Part shown: positions 30,964 to 40,283 of the stretch, in pieces
Numbering within the stretch: the first letter of the stretch is position 1
Layout: each line of letters starts with the position of its first letter
NCBI GenBank assembly: GCA_016188475.1
Contig: JACPHT010000006.1
Location: 68,313 to 132,312, forward strand
Direction of reading: 5' to 3'
Length of the DNA stretch: 64,000 bases
Source of the DNA: Candidatus Uhrbacteria bacterium
Lineage (GTDB): Bacteria > Patescibacteriota > Patescibacteriia > UBA9934 > GWF2-40-263
Program-made: the position numbers and the translations under genes
Notes under the pieces: generated by a model
The model's database searches: none
Seen by the model: only the letters and a program-made list of their open reading frames with translations
Told to the model about the DNA's origin: nothing

Positions 30964-31675
30964 TCTTAAATTTTAATCGATGTTTTATTTTAATCACTTT
31001 TTCTGCATTTTTAAAATCTCGTATCGTTTTTGGAGTCCATCCAATTGCGTACCACGGAATTCGATATAAAATAGATGGCGTCCATTTTGAAATATTTTTT
31101 CTTCCACTGACGTTTCTCACATAAAATAAAATCTCGTTAATCTCCATTCCAATTTTATTATTTTCAAGCATTGTCAACCACAAATCCCAATCTTGCAAAC
31201 GCTTAATTTTCGGATCAAATCCAGGGAAATCCTGTTTTCTTATGAGCGAGGTCGTATGTATGTAATTCGATTTACGAAGTTTGTCAGCGTCAAAGGTTTG
31301 AGCTGGAAATTTCTTATTATCCCAAAGAAATCCGCAATAAACATACGAAACGTCTTTGTGTGTTTCCAAAACAGAAAACATTTTTTCAAGCATGTTTGGT
31401 TTGAAGAAAATATCTGCATCAGAAAAAAGTAAAAAATTTCCAGTTGCTAGTTTAGCGCCGTTATTTCTTGCTGTCGGAGCACCTTGATTGTTTTGAAACA
31501 CGTATTTAATTTTATCACCAAAACGATCAATACGAATTTTTGTATCATCTGTTGATCCATCATCAACAACAATAATTTCTTTTGGAAGAAGTGTCTGCGA
31601 CAATAAAGAATCAATACAGTTTTCTATTGTCTTTGTATGTTGGAAGGTTGGAATGATCACCGAAATCTCATTCAT
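30953..31675 (-). CDS. GT2 glycosyltransferase
   Basis: SVIIPT, VVDDGSTD, ARNNG, DAD, QDWDLW. Confidence 0.9.
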   Translation of the reverse strand: MNEISVIIPTFQHTKTIENCIDSLLSQTLLPKEIIVVDDGSTDDTKIRIDRFGDKIKYVFQNNQGAPTARNNGAKLATGNFLLFSDADIFFKPNMLEKMFSVLETHKDVSYVYCGFLWDNKKFPAQTFDADKLRKSNYIHTTSLIRKQDFPGFDPKIKRLQDWDLWLTMLENNKIGMEINEILFYVRNVSGRKNISKWTPSILYRIPWYAIGWTPKTIRDFKNAEKVIKIKHRLKFKNFT

Positions 31676-32769
31676 AAATACGGCTCGAGTTTTGCAAACT
31701 GTTGTGAACAAGTGAAATTTTGTTCAACATGTTCTTTTGCTTGTTTTCCTAATCTGATTCGCATTTCAGTTGAATTAGAAAGAACAGAAATTGCGCGACA
31801 CAAGTCTTCATGATCGTTTGGTTTAACTAAAAGTCCGGTTTGATTGTTAATTATAGCCTCGTTAATTCCGCTAATTTGAGTGCTGATTGACGGGACTTCA
31901 TAATTTGCGGCTTCTATAAACACAAATCCAAAACCTTCTTTGTCTTTTACATCATCGATAACCGGCATTAAAAATATGTCGGCGTTCATGTAAAAATTTA
32001 CTAATTGCTCATCGTTCACTAAACCATGAAATACAACCTCGTCCAAATGAAATTGTCCTGCGAGATCTTTGAGAGTTTGCAACATTGGCCCATCGCCAAC
32101 AATGTCATATTGAAAACTTGGGATTGATTTGGATTTTTTAAGTTCAGCAAGCGCCATCAAAACTTGTGTGTGACCCTTTCGTTTTACCAATCGACTGACA
32201 GTCAAGAATCTAAGCGTTATCACACTTAACTCCCGATCGGTAGTTAAGTGTGATTGGGTTTTTGTTACAGATTCCAAACATGGATACACAACGAGAGGTA
32301 AGGTTACGTCAAAAATTTCTGCGACTTCTTGCGCGAGTGATCGTGAATTTGCAACCACAACTCGCGCGTGCTTAAAAACAACTTTTGCAATTTGTTTTTT
32401 TATAAAGTTTGAACACGCGAGCCGAACATCCATTCCGTGAACAAAAATAACATACTGCTTTTTCGTAAACAAAGAAGAAAAAAATGCCGCTGTCCCAAAA
32501 GGAAGGACATGACTTAAAAGCGCGATATCATAAGATTGTCGAAATGTAAAAAACAATCTAACTGATTCAATCCACTTCGGCCAAAAAAATGGATTTAGAA
32601 GTTGCTGTTCAAGAACGGGAAACGGAGTTGTTTGCGCTGAATTTTTCACCGAAGAAATAACAAGAATGCGCGAAGAAAAATGTGTCGCCAGTTTTGATAA
32701 ATATCTAGCAACTCCTCCATTATTTGGTGGAAAATCCGGTGTTAGCAATAATAATCGATTTTCCCTCAT
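31672..32769 (-). CDS. GT4 glycosyltransferase
   Basis: DFPP..GG, SRLVKRKG, EGFGFVFIEA. Confidence 0.9.
   Translation of the reverse strand: MRENRLLLLTPDFPPNNGGVARYLSKLATHFSSRILVISSVKNSAQTTPFPVLEQQLLNPFFWPKWIESVRLFFTFRQSYDIALLSHVLPFGTAAFFSSLFTKKQYVIFVHGMDVRLACSNFIKKQIAKVVFKHARVVVANSRSLAQEVAEIFDVTLPLVVYPCLESVTKTQSHLTTDRELSVITLRFLTVSRLVKRKGHTQVLMALAELKKSKSIPSFQYDIVGDGPMLQTLKDLAGQFHLDEVVFHGLVNDEQLVNFYMNADIFLMPVIDDVKDKEGFGFVFIEAANYEVPSISTQISGINEAIINNQTGLLVKPNDHEDLCRAISVLSNSTEMRIRLGKQAKEHVEQNFTCSQQFAKLEPYL
32219..32254. repeat. 36-bp palindrome family C, copy 3, in-frame inside the GT4 gene
   Basis: atcacacttaactcccgatcggtagttaagtgtgat (one mismatch); encodes roughly SHLTTDRELSVI. Confidence 0.88.
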
Positions 32770-34193
32770 ATACTTGATCTAAGTGTTTTGAAATCATTAC
32801 GAGTTATCATTCCTGTAACAAACAAACAAGCAATGTACGCAATCACACAAATAGGAATCACAGCCAACCATCCGATTTGAGTTATAAGCAACTTCCCTAT
32901 CACGACCATAATAATTCCTGAACCAACAATTAAAATTGAATTTTTCAAAAGTGGCGCAAACTTGAATGACAAAATTACTTTTGGAACAAAGTAGAGTCCC
33001 ATCAAAAACATGAGTGAAAAACTAATCAACGCAGCATAAGCCGCTCCTTTAATTCCAAAATTTGGAATAAACAATACGTTCAAGATTATATTGAGCACCA
33101 TTGTTATTCCCATTATTGTTGTTTTTGTAGATTGTTTGTTCGCGGCATTTAATAATGAACCGATTGGAAAATCCAAAAAAATCGGAAATAAAACAAAAAT
33201 CAATACAGATAGAACCGGAGCTGATGCACTGTAAGAATCGCCTGCAAGCAAGACAACGTTTGGCGCGATCAACCAAAGTCCAAAAACAATCGGTGTTGAT
33301 AAAATCAACATGTACCACATTGATCTGTTAAACGTTTTGCTAAGGTTTTCATTATCAGAATCAATAAGTGAACTTAGGTTCGGGTACAAAGCGGCAATGA
33401 ATGCAAGAGGTAAAAATTGAAATGCGTATGTAAATTTATACGCCAGACCATAAAGACCAACTGAAGTGGCATCCATGAATTTTGAAATAAACACAGTGTC
33501 AACGTATGAATATACTTTTACAAAAATTGCCGCAAGAGCAAATGGCAAAGCGGCTTTAAGTAAAAATCTGATAAACTTCCAATCCAAAATTGGTAAAAAT
33601 AATTTAAAGCCAAATTTTCGAATTAAAACAGAACTTGATAGTACGACATTTGTGAGACTTCCGGCCATAAGAGCTAATACAAGAAGTTGCAAAGAAGGAT
33701 GGAGCCAAAGTATCAAAGCACCGACAATCGCCGTTATAAGTTGTCCTGAAAACATTCCAATCGACTCAATCGAGAGAATGTGATGACCTCGCAACACACC
33801 GTAAAAAAATAAATGAATCGAATCGAGAATCAAAACAAGTCCAGTGAATAAAACAAGTGACAAAATCTGAATTTCATATCCCATCAAAAAAGTTGAACCA
33901 ACAGCGAGAAAATAACCGATGAATAAAAGCGGAAATTTTACTGTCAGAGTTCTTCGAATAAGTTTATGAGTATCATCAGGGTGCTTTGCAATTTCACGAA
34001 TTATCACAGGCGTAATTCCAAAGTCTGCGATTACCGAAAAAATCATTGATATTGAAACCGCCAAAAAATATATTCCGGTTTGTTCCGGCATCATTATTCT
34101 TGCAAGGAAAAGAAAATAAACAAATGCGATGGCTTTTTGGCCAATTGAAGCGATCGTTAAAAACATGGTATTTTTGGCAAGACGACTCATCAT
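32766..34193 (-). CDS. Wzx-type polysaccharide flippase
   Basis: Multi-TM; LAKNT, ADFGI..VIIREIA, VGLYGLAY. Confidence 0.88.
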   Translation of the reverse strand: MMSRLAKNTMFLTIASIGQKAIAFVYFLFLARIMMPEQTGIYFLAVSISMIFSVIADFGITPVIIREIAKHPDDTHKLIRRTLTVKFPLLFIGYFLAVGSTFLMGYEIQILSLVLFTGLVLILDSIHLFFYGVLRGHHILSIESIGMFSGQLITAIVGALILWLHPSLQLLVLALMAGSLTNVVLSSSVLIRKFGFKLFLPILDWKFIRFLLKAALPFALAAIFVKVYSYVDTVFISKFMDATSVGLYGLAYKFTYAFQFLPLAFIAALYPNLSSLIDSDNENLSKTFNRSMWYMLILSTPIVFGLWLIAPNVVLLAGDSYSASAPVLSVLIFVLFPIFLDFPIGSLLNAANKQSTKTTIMGITMVLNIILNVLFIPNFGIKGAAYAALISFSLMFLMGLYFVPKVILSFKFAPLLKNSILIVGSGIIMVVIGKLLITQIGWLAVIPICVIAYIACLFVTGMITRNDFKTLRSSI

Positions 34194-34255
34194 ATGTTTG
34201 AAATCTTACGATAATTTACTGATTTTGGGAAGTTTTAATAAAAAAACTCGGTGTG

Positions 34256-35080
34256 TTAATCACCGAGAAAAGTCAGAGAAGTGAGCCTTTCACGCCTGTC
34301 TTTAACAATCTCGCTTAGAGAACCTGACCCTATTTTGGTCTGGCCAATAGCGTCAAGTTTGTAACCAGAGAGACGCAACTGTTTAGACTGATTACCTTCA
34401 GCAAATTCCGCTCGCCAAAGGCTCTGAAGCACTGGTACGAAGTTATCTTGAACGATCTTTTCGACTTCTTCGTGATGAGTTTCAAGCCATTCGTCCTTTG
34501 CTGGAACATCTGGAATTGGAAGTAATGGTTGACCGATCTTCCACCACAGAAACTTCCAGTGGCCGAACAGATTTCCGGCACGTATTACTTCGTTCTCAAG
34601 AATGATGCGGTCTCGTTCGCGAACCAGATGAGCGATTGTGGACGCTTTCCACTCAACACTTGGAGTTCCATCTCGTAAAAACGCGAAACATATCTGAAGA
34701 GTGGTTTGCGTTGGAGGTCTTAAAGACGAAAGTTGAACGTGAGCGACTCGAAGCGCGTCCACAAGATCGTAGCGAACTCCTTCAACTTCGCGTTTCAGTT
34801 CACCTTTTTCTCGGCCGAGAAGTCGTTTGAGAAGTTGCTCGTCGTTTGGAGAAAAGACAACTCTCCATTTGTCTTGGTGTTCGAACATTCCGTCGTAACG
34901 AAGTAAAAGTTCTGTTCGAAATCCAACAACAGCTGGAATCAATCCGATGTGAACCAAATTCACTAAATCGATTCCATCAGGCAGATCATCAGTGAAGATA
35001 TTGAGTTCCCTGCTAACTAAGGGACCTTTTAGAGCGTCCACGAGTGATACGTGAACAGGAACAAACCTTCTTTCTTCCAT
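34256..35080 (-). CDS. Hypothetical protein (orphan)
   Basis: AGGAGA SD before the ATG at 35080; TTGACA-17-TTAACT promoter; terminator at 34240-34267. Confidence 0.7.
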   Translation of the reverse strand: MEERRFVPVHVSLVDALKGPLVSRELNIFTDDLPDGIDLVNLVHIGLIPAVVGFRTELLLRYDGMFEHQDKWRVVFSPNDEQLLKRLLGREKGELKREVEGVRYDLVDALRVAHVQLSSLRPPTQTTLQICFAFLRDGTPSVEWKASTIAHLVRERDRIILENEVIRAGNLFGHWKFLWWKIGQPLLPIPDVPAKDEWLETHHEEVEKIVQDNFVPVLQSLWRAEFAEGNQSKQLRLSGYKLDAIGQTKIGSGSLSEIVKDRRERLTSLTFLGD

Positions 35081-35212
35081 GGTTCTCCTTATTAAGCCTA
35101 AAGGTACGACCATAGAAGTTAAACATTGTTCGTATTGATTGTCAAAGCTGATCGTGCTAGTTTAATTCATGGTGAAAACGAACGTTCCTTTCAATTTATC
35201 GGAGGTGTGCTA

Positions 35213-36505
35213 ATGGAACTTACATCGATCCAAGATGCTGAAACGAAAATTTCGGAGCTTGTTGAGCATTCAAGTCGGCTTCAAGCTGAGTTGCGTGAAA
35301 TTCAAACAAGATCAAGATACGCTGACAGCGAGAAGGATGTCGGGTATTTTAATGAAGAGCGCATTCGTATTCGCAATAACATTGATACTACCCAGAGAGA
35401 GATACTTATCCTAGAACAATATATTCGTGAAGCCCGAGTTAGGACTCTGTCATCTCCTCCAAGAACTATAAAGTCAGCACGAGATGAAGTGGATACTCTT
35501 TTGGTCCAACTTCCTGAACTCCGATCGAGGATTGATTCAACTTCTGAAAGGGGTCTGTCATACACAAAGATGATTGCTCAGAGAAGATTTATCTCTGCTA
35601 GGCTCCATTTTCTTGGTGATTGGATCAAAGAACAAAGACAGCTCCCGAATAACACCGTCGTCAAAGTCGACGATACCATACCGAGTTGTTCAGGAGATGC
35701 GGCTAGAGAGATAAACACACTATCAGAAAAAATCGCCGATCTGATACGTGTATTTGAAGACTTCGATGTTTCTGGACTTTCAGAAGAACGCCTCTCACTT
35801 CTGCTTCAAATAAAGCAGAAAGAAGCGCGGATCGGATTTTTGAGAGAACTTTTGCCTCGGCTTTCCAGAAACCGTCTTCCTACGAACTTTGTTCCTCCAG
35901 ACAGTGTCGCTGAAGCCAGATCTGAATGTGAAAGACTGGCAAAAGAAGTGAACTCGATACAACACAGTCTGAAACGCCTGCCAAGACACGACAATTCTGG
36001 ACGACGTGCAGAACTGGCCAACATGAAATGTGGGGTCGATCAGCGCTTAAACCAACTGCATCGCTGGATCAGTGAACAGGATGAGATAACACGAGCTGGA
36101 ATAACGCGAGAGTATGGAGACATACTTAAGAAAAGCGCGACAGACGAACCAGAGTCAATACAAAACGCAACAACAGAGTTCAAGAGAATTGTCACCTTCC
36201 TTGGCGCACACAAGGAGTCAGAAGTTTCATGTGTGGAAACTTTCAATAAGCTCCGTCAGCGCAAGAACTTTCTTGCTCGATGGATTTCGGAACTACGACA
36301 CAAAGATGGAAATGAATTCGCTGGTATTGATCTTGAAACTCAAGAAGGAATCCTGTCCGCTGTTGACAGACTTTTATCTCTAATCTCACAGGATGATAAA
36401 ACGATAATATTCGATCATCCTGAAAGAGTGGCGGTCTGGAATGCTTTACGAAGCAGGATCGGTTTCAAACCCATGCATTGCAACGTCAGCAAGCTTACTA
36501 CTTAA
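35213..36505 (+). CDS. Hypothetical helical protein with about five internal ~70-aa repeats
   Basis: GGAGGT SD at 35201; recurring P.S...A..E and R..(F/Q)L..WI.E motifs. Confidence 0.75.
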   Translation: MELTSIQDAETKISELVEHSSRLQAELREIQTRSRYADSEKDVGYFNEERIRIRNNIDTTQREILILEQYIREARVRTLSSPPRTIKSARDEVDTLLVQLPELRSRIDSTSERGLSYTKMIAQRRFISARLHFLGDWIKEQRQLPNNTVVKVDDTIPSCSGDAAREINTLSEKIADLIRVFEDFDVSGLSEERLSLLLQIKQKEARIGFLRELLPRLSRNRLPTNFVPPDSVAEARSECERLAKEVNSIQHSLKRLPRHDNSGRRAELANMKCGVDQRLNQLHRWISEQDEITRAGITREYGDILKKSATDEPESIQNATTEFKRIVTFLGAHKESEVSCVETFNKLRQRKNFLARWISELRHKDGNEFAGIDLETQEGILSAVDRLLSLISQDDKTIIFDHPERVAVWNALRSRIGFKPMHCNVSKLTT

Positions 36506-36507
36506 AA

Positions 36508-36534
36508 ACAGAGGTTTCCCCTCTGTCTTTTTTT
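36508..36534. terminator. Probable bidirectional terminator between the repeat-protein gene and rpsI
   Basis: ACAGAGG-tttcc-CCTCTGT flanked by A- and T-runs. Confidence 0.7.
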
Positions 36535-36937
36535 AACGTTTTGACCATTGCGGTGATCGGCGAGCAGATTTTTTTCCGAACTTCTTTCGTTCACGGATGC
36601 GCGCGTCTCGGCTTAAGAAGCTTGATTTTTTTAATACTGCTCGAAATTCAGGATTAAAATCAACAAGTGCGCGAGCAATCCCTAATCGAATACTGTCTGC
36701 TTGTCCGTGAATTCCGCCGCCTACAACCTTCACCGAAACATCAAACATATTTTCTGTTCCAGTTTGTTTAAATGGTGAAAGCACGGATTGACGCAAGAGC
36801 GCAACAGGAAGATAAACTTCGAGTGTTCGTTTATTGATCAAAAATGCTCCTGTTCCACCGTTTACAAGCCGTACACGAGCGATCGCGGCTTTGCGTCGTC
36901 CAACTGCCTCAATATATTTTTTTGTAGATTCAGTCAT
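36533..36937 (-). CDS. rpsI: 30S ribosomal protein S9
   Basis: GRRKAAIARV, GGGIHGQA, ERKKFG..SARRSPQWSKR. Confidence 0.97.
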   Translation of the reverse strand: MTESTKKYIEAVGRRKAAIARVRLVNGGTGAFLINKRTLEVYLPVALLRQSVLSPFKQTGTENMFDVSVKVVGGGIHGQADSIRLGIARALVDFNPEFRAVLKKSSFLSRDARIRERKKFGKKSARRSPQWSKR

Positions 36938-36938
36938 A

Positions 36939-37298
36939 CTAGTTCTTCACTATAAGACGCTTCATGCGTTCTGTGCGATGTTTATTTTTAGGAAGCATTC
37001 TTGAAACAGCACGCCGTAAAACATCAGATGGATCTTTGCTCCACAAAGCTTTTAATCCAACCATGCGAAGTCCTTGTCCATGTGTTGTGTGGTGCCAATA
37101 AACTTTTTGATCCATCTTATTTCCAGAAAAAATAATTTTTGACGCATTCACAACTTGAACATGATCGCCCAAATCGCGATTTGGTTCAAATACAGGTTTG
37201 TCTTTTCCAATTAAAATAGTGGCGATATGTGATGCTAATCGTCCAAGTGTTTGTCCTTCAGCGTCTATTGTTTTAATGTCGCGTTGTTCTTCTCGCAT
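36939..37298 (-). CDS. rplM: 50S ribosomal protein L13 (short form)
   Basis: IDAEGQTLGRLAS, GKDKP, GDHV, RMLPKN. Confidence 0.95.
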   Translation of the reverse strand: MREEQRDIKTIDAEGQTLGRLASHIATILIGKDKPVFEPNRDLGDHVQVVNASKIIFSGNKMDQKVYWHHTTHGQGLRMVGLKALWSKDPSDVLRRAVSRMLPKNKHRTERMKRLIVKN

Positions 37299-37299
37299 A

Positions 37300-37653
37300 T
37301 TATTTTACAAATTCTATCTGAACCATGTCAGCTCCATCAGAAGGACGGTGACCAAGTTTGGTGATTCGAGTATATCCCCCAGATCGGCTTGCATAACGAG
37401 GACCCAAAACTTCCAGAATCTTCTTAACTGGATGTTCTGTGTAAAAAAAAGTCATGAGTTTACGACGTGTTGCAAGCGTCGGCTTTTTTCCAGAAGTTAT
37501 TGCCTTTTCAACAATCGGACGAACCATCTTTGCTTTTGCTTCAGTCGTCTTAATTTTTTCGTGTAATACAAGACTTGCGGCAAGACTTCTCATCATTGCG
37601 TTTGTTGCAGTTGCTGAACGTCCAATTTGTTTCTTAACCTTACGATGACGCAT
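37300..37653 (-). CDS. rplQ: 50S ribosomal protein L17
   Basis: MRHR, IKTTEAKAK, GGYTRI, DGADM. Confidence 0.97.
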   Translation of the reverse strand: MRHRKVKKQIGRSATATNAMMRSLAASLVLHEKIKTTEAKAKMVRPIVEKAITSGKKPTLATRRKLMTFFYTEHPVKKILEVLGPRYASRSGGYTRITKLGHRPSDGADMVQIEFVK

Positions 37654-37654
37654 A

Positions 37655-38338
37655 TTATTTTATGAGCAATGAAAAGTGATCAATCAAAAATTGCGCTGAC
37701 TGCTTCACTGCTTCCTCTGGAGTAATAGTTCCGTCAGTTTCAATCGTCATTATCAACTTGTCGTAGTTTGTAATTTCTCCGACACGTGTATCTTCGACAC
37801 GATATCCTACATTTCGAATTGGTGAAAACAAAGCATCGATTGCGATTGTTCCTAGATCTGACGCTTCTCCGGTTCGTTCCTCTGTTGGAGAGTAACCGCG
37901 TCCTTTTTTAACAGTCACCTCCAAATCGATTTTGCTTTTTGGATCTGTTGTTGTCATTATTTTCATTTCAGGATTTACGATTTCAACATCTGCATTCGAT
38001 TCAAAATCTGCTGCTGTGATTATTTTTTCTCCTGATACCGAAAGTTTGAGTGTTACTGGTTCGTCTGAAAACATTTTAAGCCTAAGAGCTTTGAGATTTA
38101 AAATAATTTCCAGTGCATCTTCCTTAACATGCTCAACCGACTGAAATTCATGATTTACTCCTTTCATTTTGATCGCTGTGACGGCGGCACCAGGAAGTGA
38201 AGAAAGCAAAACACGGCGCAAAGCATTTCCAAGCGTTGTGCCATAACCATGAAAACACGGCTCAATAATCAACACTCCTTCGTTAGGCCTCTGACCTTTC
38301 TCAAAAGTGATGGAAGATGGTAGACGAATATTTTCCAT
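37655..38338 (-). CDS. rpoA: RNA polymerase alpha subunit, N-terminal domain only
   Basis: GYGTTLGNALRRVLLSSLPG, IDALFSP, ETDGTITPEEA; ends at 227 aa. Confidence 0.95.
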   Translation of the reverse strand: MENIRLPSSITFEKGQRPNEGVLIIEPCFHGYGTTLGNALRRVLLSSLPGAAVTAIKMKGVNHEFQSVEHVKEDALEIILNLKALRLKMFSDEPVTLKLSVSGEKIITAADFESNADVEIVNPEMKIMTTTDPKSKIDLEVTVKKGRGYSPTEERTGEASDLGTIAIDALFSPIRNVGYRVEDTRVGEITNYDKLIMTIETDGTITPEEAVKQSAQFLIDHFSLLIK

Positions 38339-38347
38339 ACAAATATA

Positions 38348-38962
38348 TTAACGAGAATAAAATTCAACGATCATTGTTGGATCAAAGATTTGGTCGAGTT
38401 CCTCTCCTTGCGGAATTGCCGTGACTTTTCCAGAAAATATCTTTTCATCGCGAGAAAGCCATGAAGGAAGTTTGCTTGCAGTCATTGCTTCTGGAATTTG
38501 TTTAATGATCCCTTTTTCTTTTTTATTTTCTTTGATAGTAATTTGATCTCCAATAGAAACACAAAACGAAGGTATATTAACACGCTTGCTGTTCACCAAA
38601 ATAAATCCATGACTTACCATTTGGCGCGCTTGGCGTCTTGTTTTGGCAAAACCCAGACGATAAACAGCATTGTCAAGACGCAGTTCCAAAAATTGAACGA
38701 AAGCTTCAGCTGTATTCCCTTTCTTACGGCTAGCTTTTTCAAAAATTTTTCTCATCTGGCGTTCCAAAATTCCGTAAAGCGCTTTCGCTTTTTGTTTTTC
38801 TTGCAACTGTTCTCCATATGAAGAAAGACGAGCGCGAGAACGCGCTTGTTTTGGCCCGTGAATACCGGGCGGATAATTACGTCGACGAGCGGCTTTTTCT
38901 TTTCCAAGCACAACTCCAAGACGACGTGAACGTTTAACAATTGGTGTAAAATCCTTTGCCAT
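38348..38962 (-). CDS. rpsD: 30S ribosomal protein S4
   Basis: YPPGIHG, QLQEKQK, LELRLDNAVYRLGFA, VEFYSR. Confidence 0.97.
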   Translation of the reverse strand: MAKDFTPIVKRSRRLGVVLGKEKAARRRNYPPGIHGPKQARSRARLSSYGEQLQEKQKAKALYGILERQMRKIFEKASRKKGNTAEAFVQFLELRLDNAVYRLGFAKTRRQARQMVSHGFILVNSKRVNIPSFCVSIGDQITIKENKKEKGIIKQIPEAMTASKLPSWLSRDEKIFSGKVTAIPQGEELDQIFDPTMIVEFYSR

Positions 38963-38965
38963 ACT

Positions 38966-39391
38966 TTATATTCGACGAGGTTTAGGTGGACGGCAACCGT
39001 TATGAGGAAGAGGAGTCGTGTCCTTAATCGACAAAATTGTTAGTCCATTAGCATTCAAGGCGCGAACCGCTGAATCTCGGCCAGAACCAACACCGCATAC
39101 AAACACATTTAATTCCTTTAATCCTGTTTCTTTTGACCTTTCAACAGCGTCCTTTACAACAATCCCTGCCGCATATGGAGTTGATTTTTTCGGACCTTTA
39201 AATCCGCAGTGCCCAGCGCTTGACCACGCGAGTGTGTTTCCATTCAAATCTGTAAAAGTGACGATCGTATTATTAAACGTCGCTTGAATATACGCGCAAC
39301 CTTGTGAAACCTGACGAACCGATTTCTTTTTTCTTGATTTCGAGGTTTTCGGCGCCGTTGTTGCTTTTGATGTTTGTTTTTCCATTTCCAT
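38966..39391 (-). CDS. rpsK: 30S ribosomal protein S11
   Basis: ATFNNTIVT, KKSTPYAA, PHNGCRPPKPRR. Confidence 0.97.
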   Translation of the reverse strand: MEMEKQTSKATTAPKTSKSRKKKSVRQVSQGCAYIQATFNNTIVTFTDLNGNTLAWSSAGHCGFKGPKKSTPYAAGIVVKDAVERSKETGLKELNVFVCGVGSGRDSAVRALNANGLTILSIKDTTPLPHNGCRPPKPRRI

Positions 39392-39453
39392 AATTTTAGC
39401 GTTTCTATTCTCTTATTTCTTCCTTACCACTCGCCCCTTATCTACCCATTCTT

Positions 39454-39843
39454 TTATGTCTTTGTAAGAACACGACGACCGCTTCCAGTTGTACGCCTTG
39501 CATTTCCTCGCACTGTTCGGGAGTTTGATTTTGTTCGTTGACCGCGAGCCGGCAAATGCTTTGCATGTCTACTGCCACGATAAGAACCTATTTCTTTCAA
39601 ACGTTTTATGTTTCCGAGAACATCGCGCCTCAAATCTCCTTCAAGCCGTGTTTCAGGAACTTCCAAAATTGCACGGATCGCTTTGACTTGATCATCAGAA
39701 AGATCTTTAGTGCGAATACTTTCATCTACACCGGCTTGTTTCAAAATTTTTTGCGACATTGGTTTTCCAACTCCATAAATATACGCCAGAGCAATGACGA
39801 TTCGTTTTTCAGATGGAATATTAATACCTGCTATTCTTGCCAT
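39454..39843 (-). CDS. rpsM: 30S ribosomal protein S13
   Basis: [29 protein letters not shown]. Confidence 0.97.
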   Translation of the reverse strand: MARIAGINIPSEKRIVIALAYIYGVGKPMSQKILKQAGVDESIRTKDLSDDQVKAIRAILEVPETRLEGDLRRDVLGNIKRLKEIGSYRGSRHAKHLPARGQRTKSNSRTVRGNARRTTGSGRRVLTKT

Positions 39844-39851
39844 AATTTTGT

Positions 39852-39965
39852 TTAACCTTGACGTTGTTTGTGTTTAGGATTTTTACAAATGACAACCACA
39901 CGTCCTTTTCGACGCGTCACTTGACAATCGCGACAAATTTTTTTTGCTGATGCTCTAACTTTCAT
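39852..39965 (-). CDS. rpmJ: 50S ribosomal protein L36 (below the ORF-track cutoff)
   Basis: Manual translation [37 protein letters not shown]. Confidence 0.96.
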   Translation of the reverse strand: MKVRASAKKICRDCQVTRRKGRVVVICKNPKHKQRQG

Positions 39966-39967
39966 AA

Positions 39968-40189
39968 TTAAAAACGATAAACGACTCTGCCCTTAGTAAG
40001 ATCATAAGGACTGATTTCGACCTTCACCTCATCTCCAGGAAGTAATCTTATTCGAAACCTGCGCATTTTTCCTGAAAGATGGCCAAGAATCATTTGACCG
40101 TTTTCAAGCTTAATTTTAAAATTTGCGGACGGCAGAAGTTCTTCCACTGTGCCTCGCATTTCAATGAAATCTTTTGTAGACTGACCCAT
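39968..40189 (-). CDS. infA: Translation initiation factor IF-1
   Basis: [28 protein letters not shown]. Confidence 0.97.
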   Translation of the reverse strand: MGQSTKDFIEMRGTVEELLPSANFKIKLENGQMILGHLSGKMRRFRIRLLPGDEVKVEISPYDLTKGRVVYRF

Positions 40190-40216
40190 AATTTAATGAA
40201 TTTGTGAGGCGGCGGT

Positions 40217-40245
40217 ATTTTACGCATTCCTGCGATTGCTGTCAA
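40217..40245 (-). promoter_or_regulatory. Sigma70 promoter of the infA-rpsI operon
   Basis: Minus strand TTGACA-17 bp-TAAAAT. Confidence 0.75.
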
Positions 40246-40283
40246 GAAACCTCACGTGGATAATGGAAAAAGTTGTTTTTTTG

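Noticed and set aside
14010-32254. 36-bp repeats as a CRISPR array
   Set aside because: The copies are kilobases apart, with no spacer periodicity and no cas genes.
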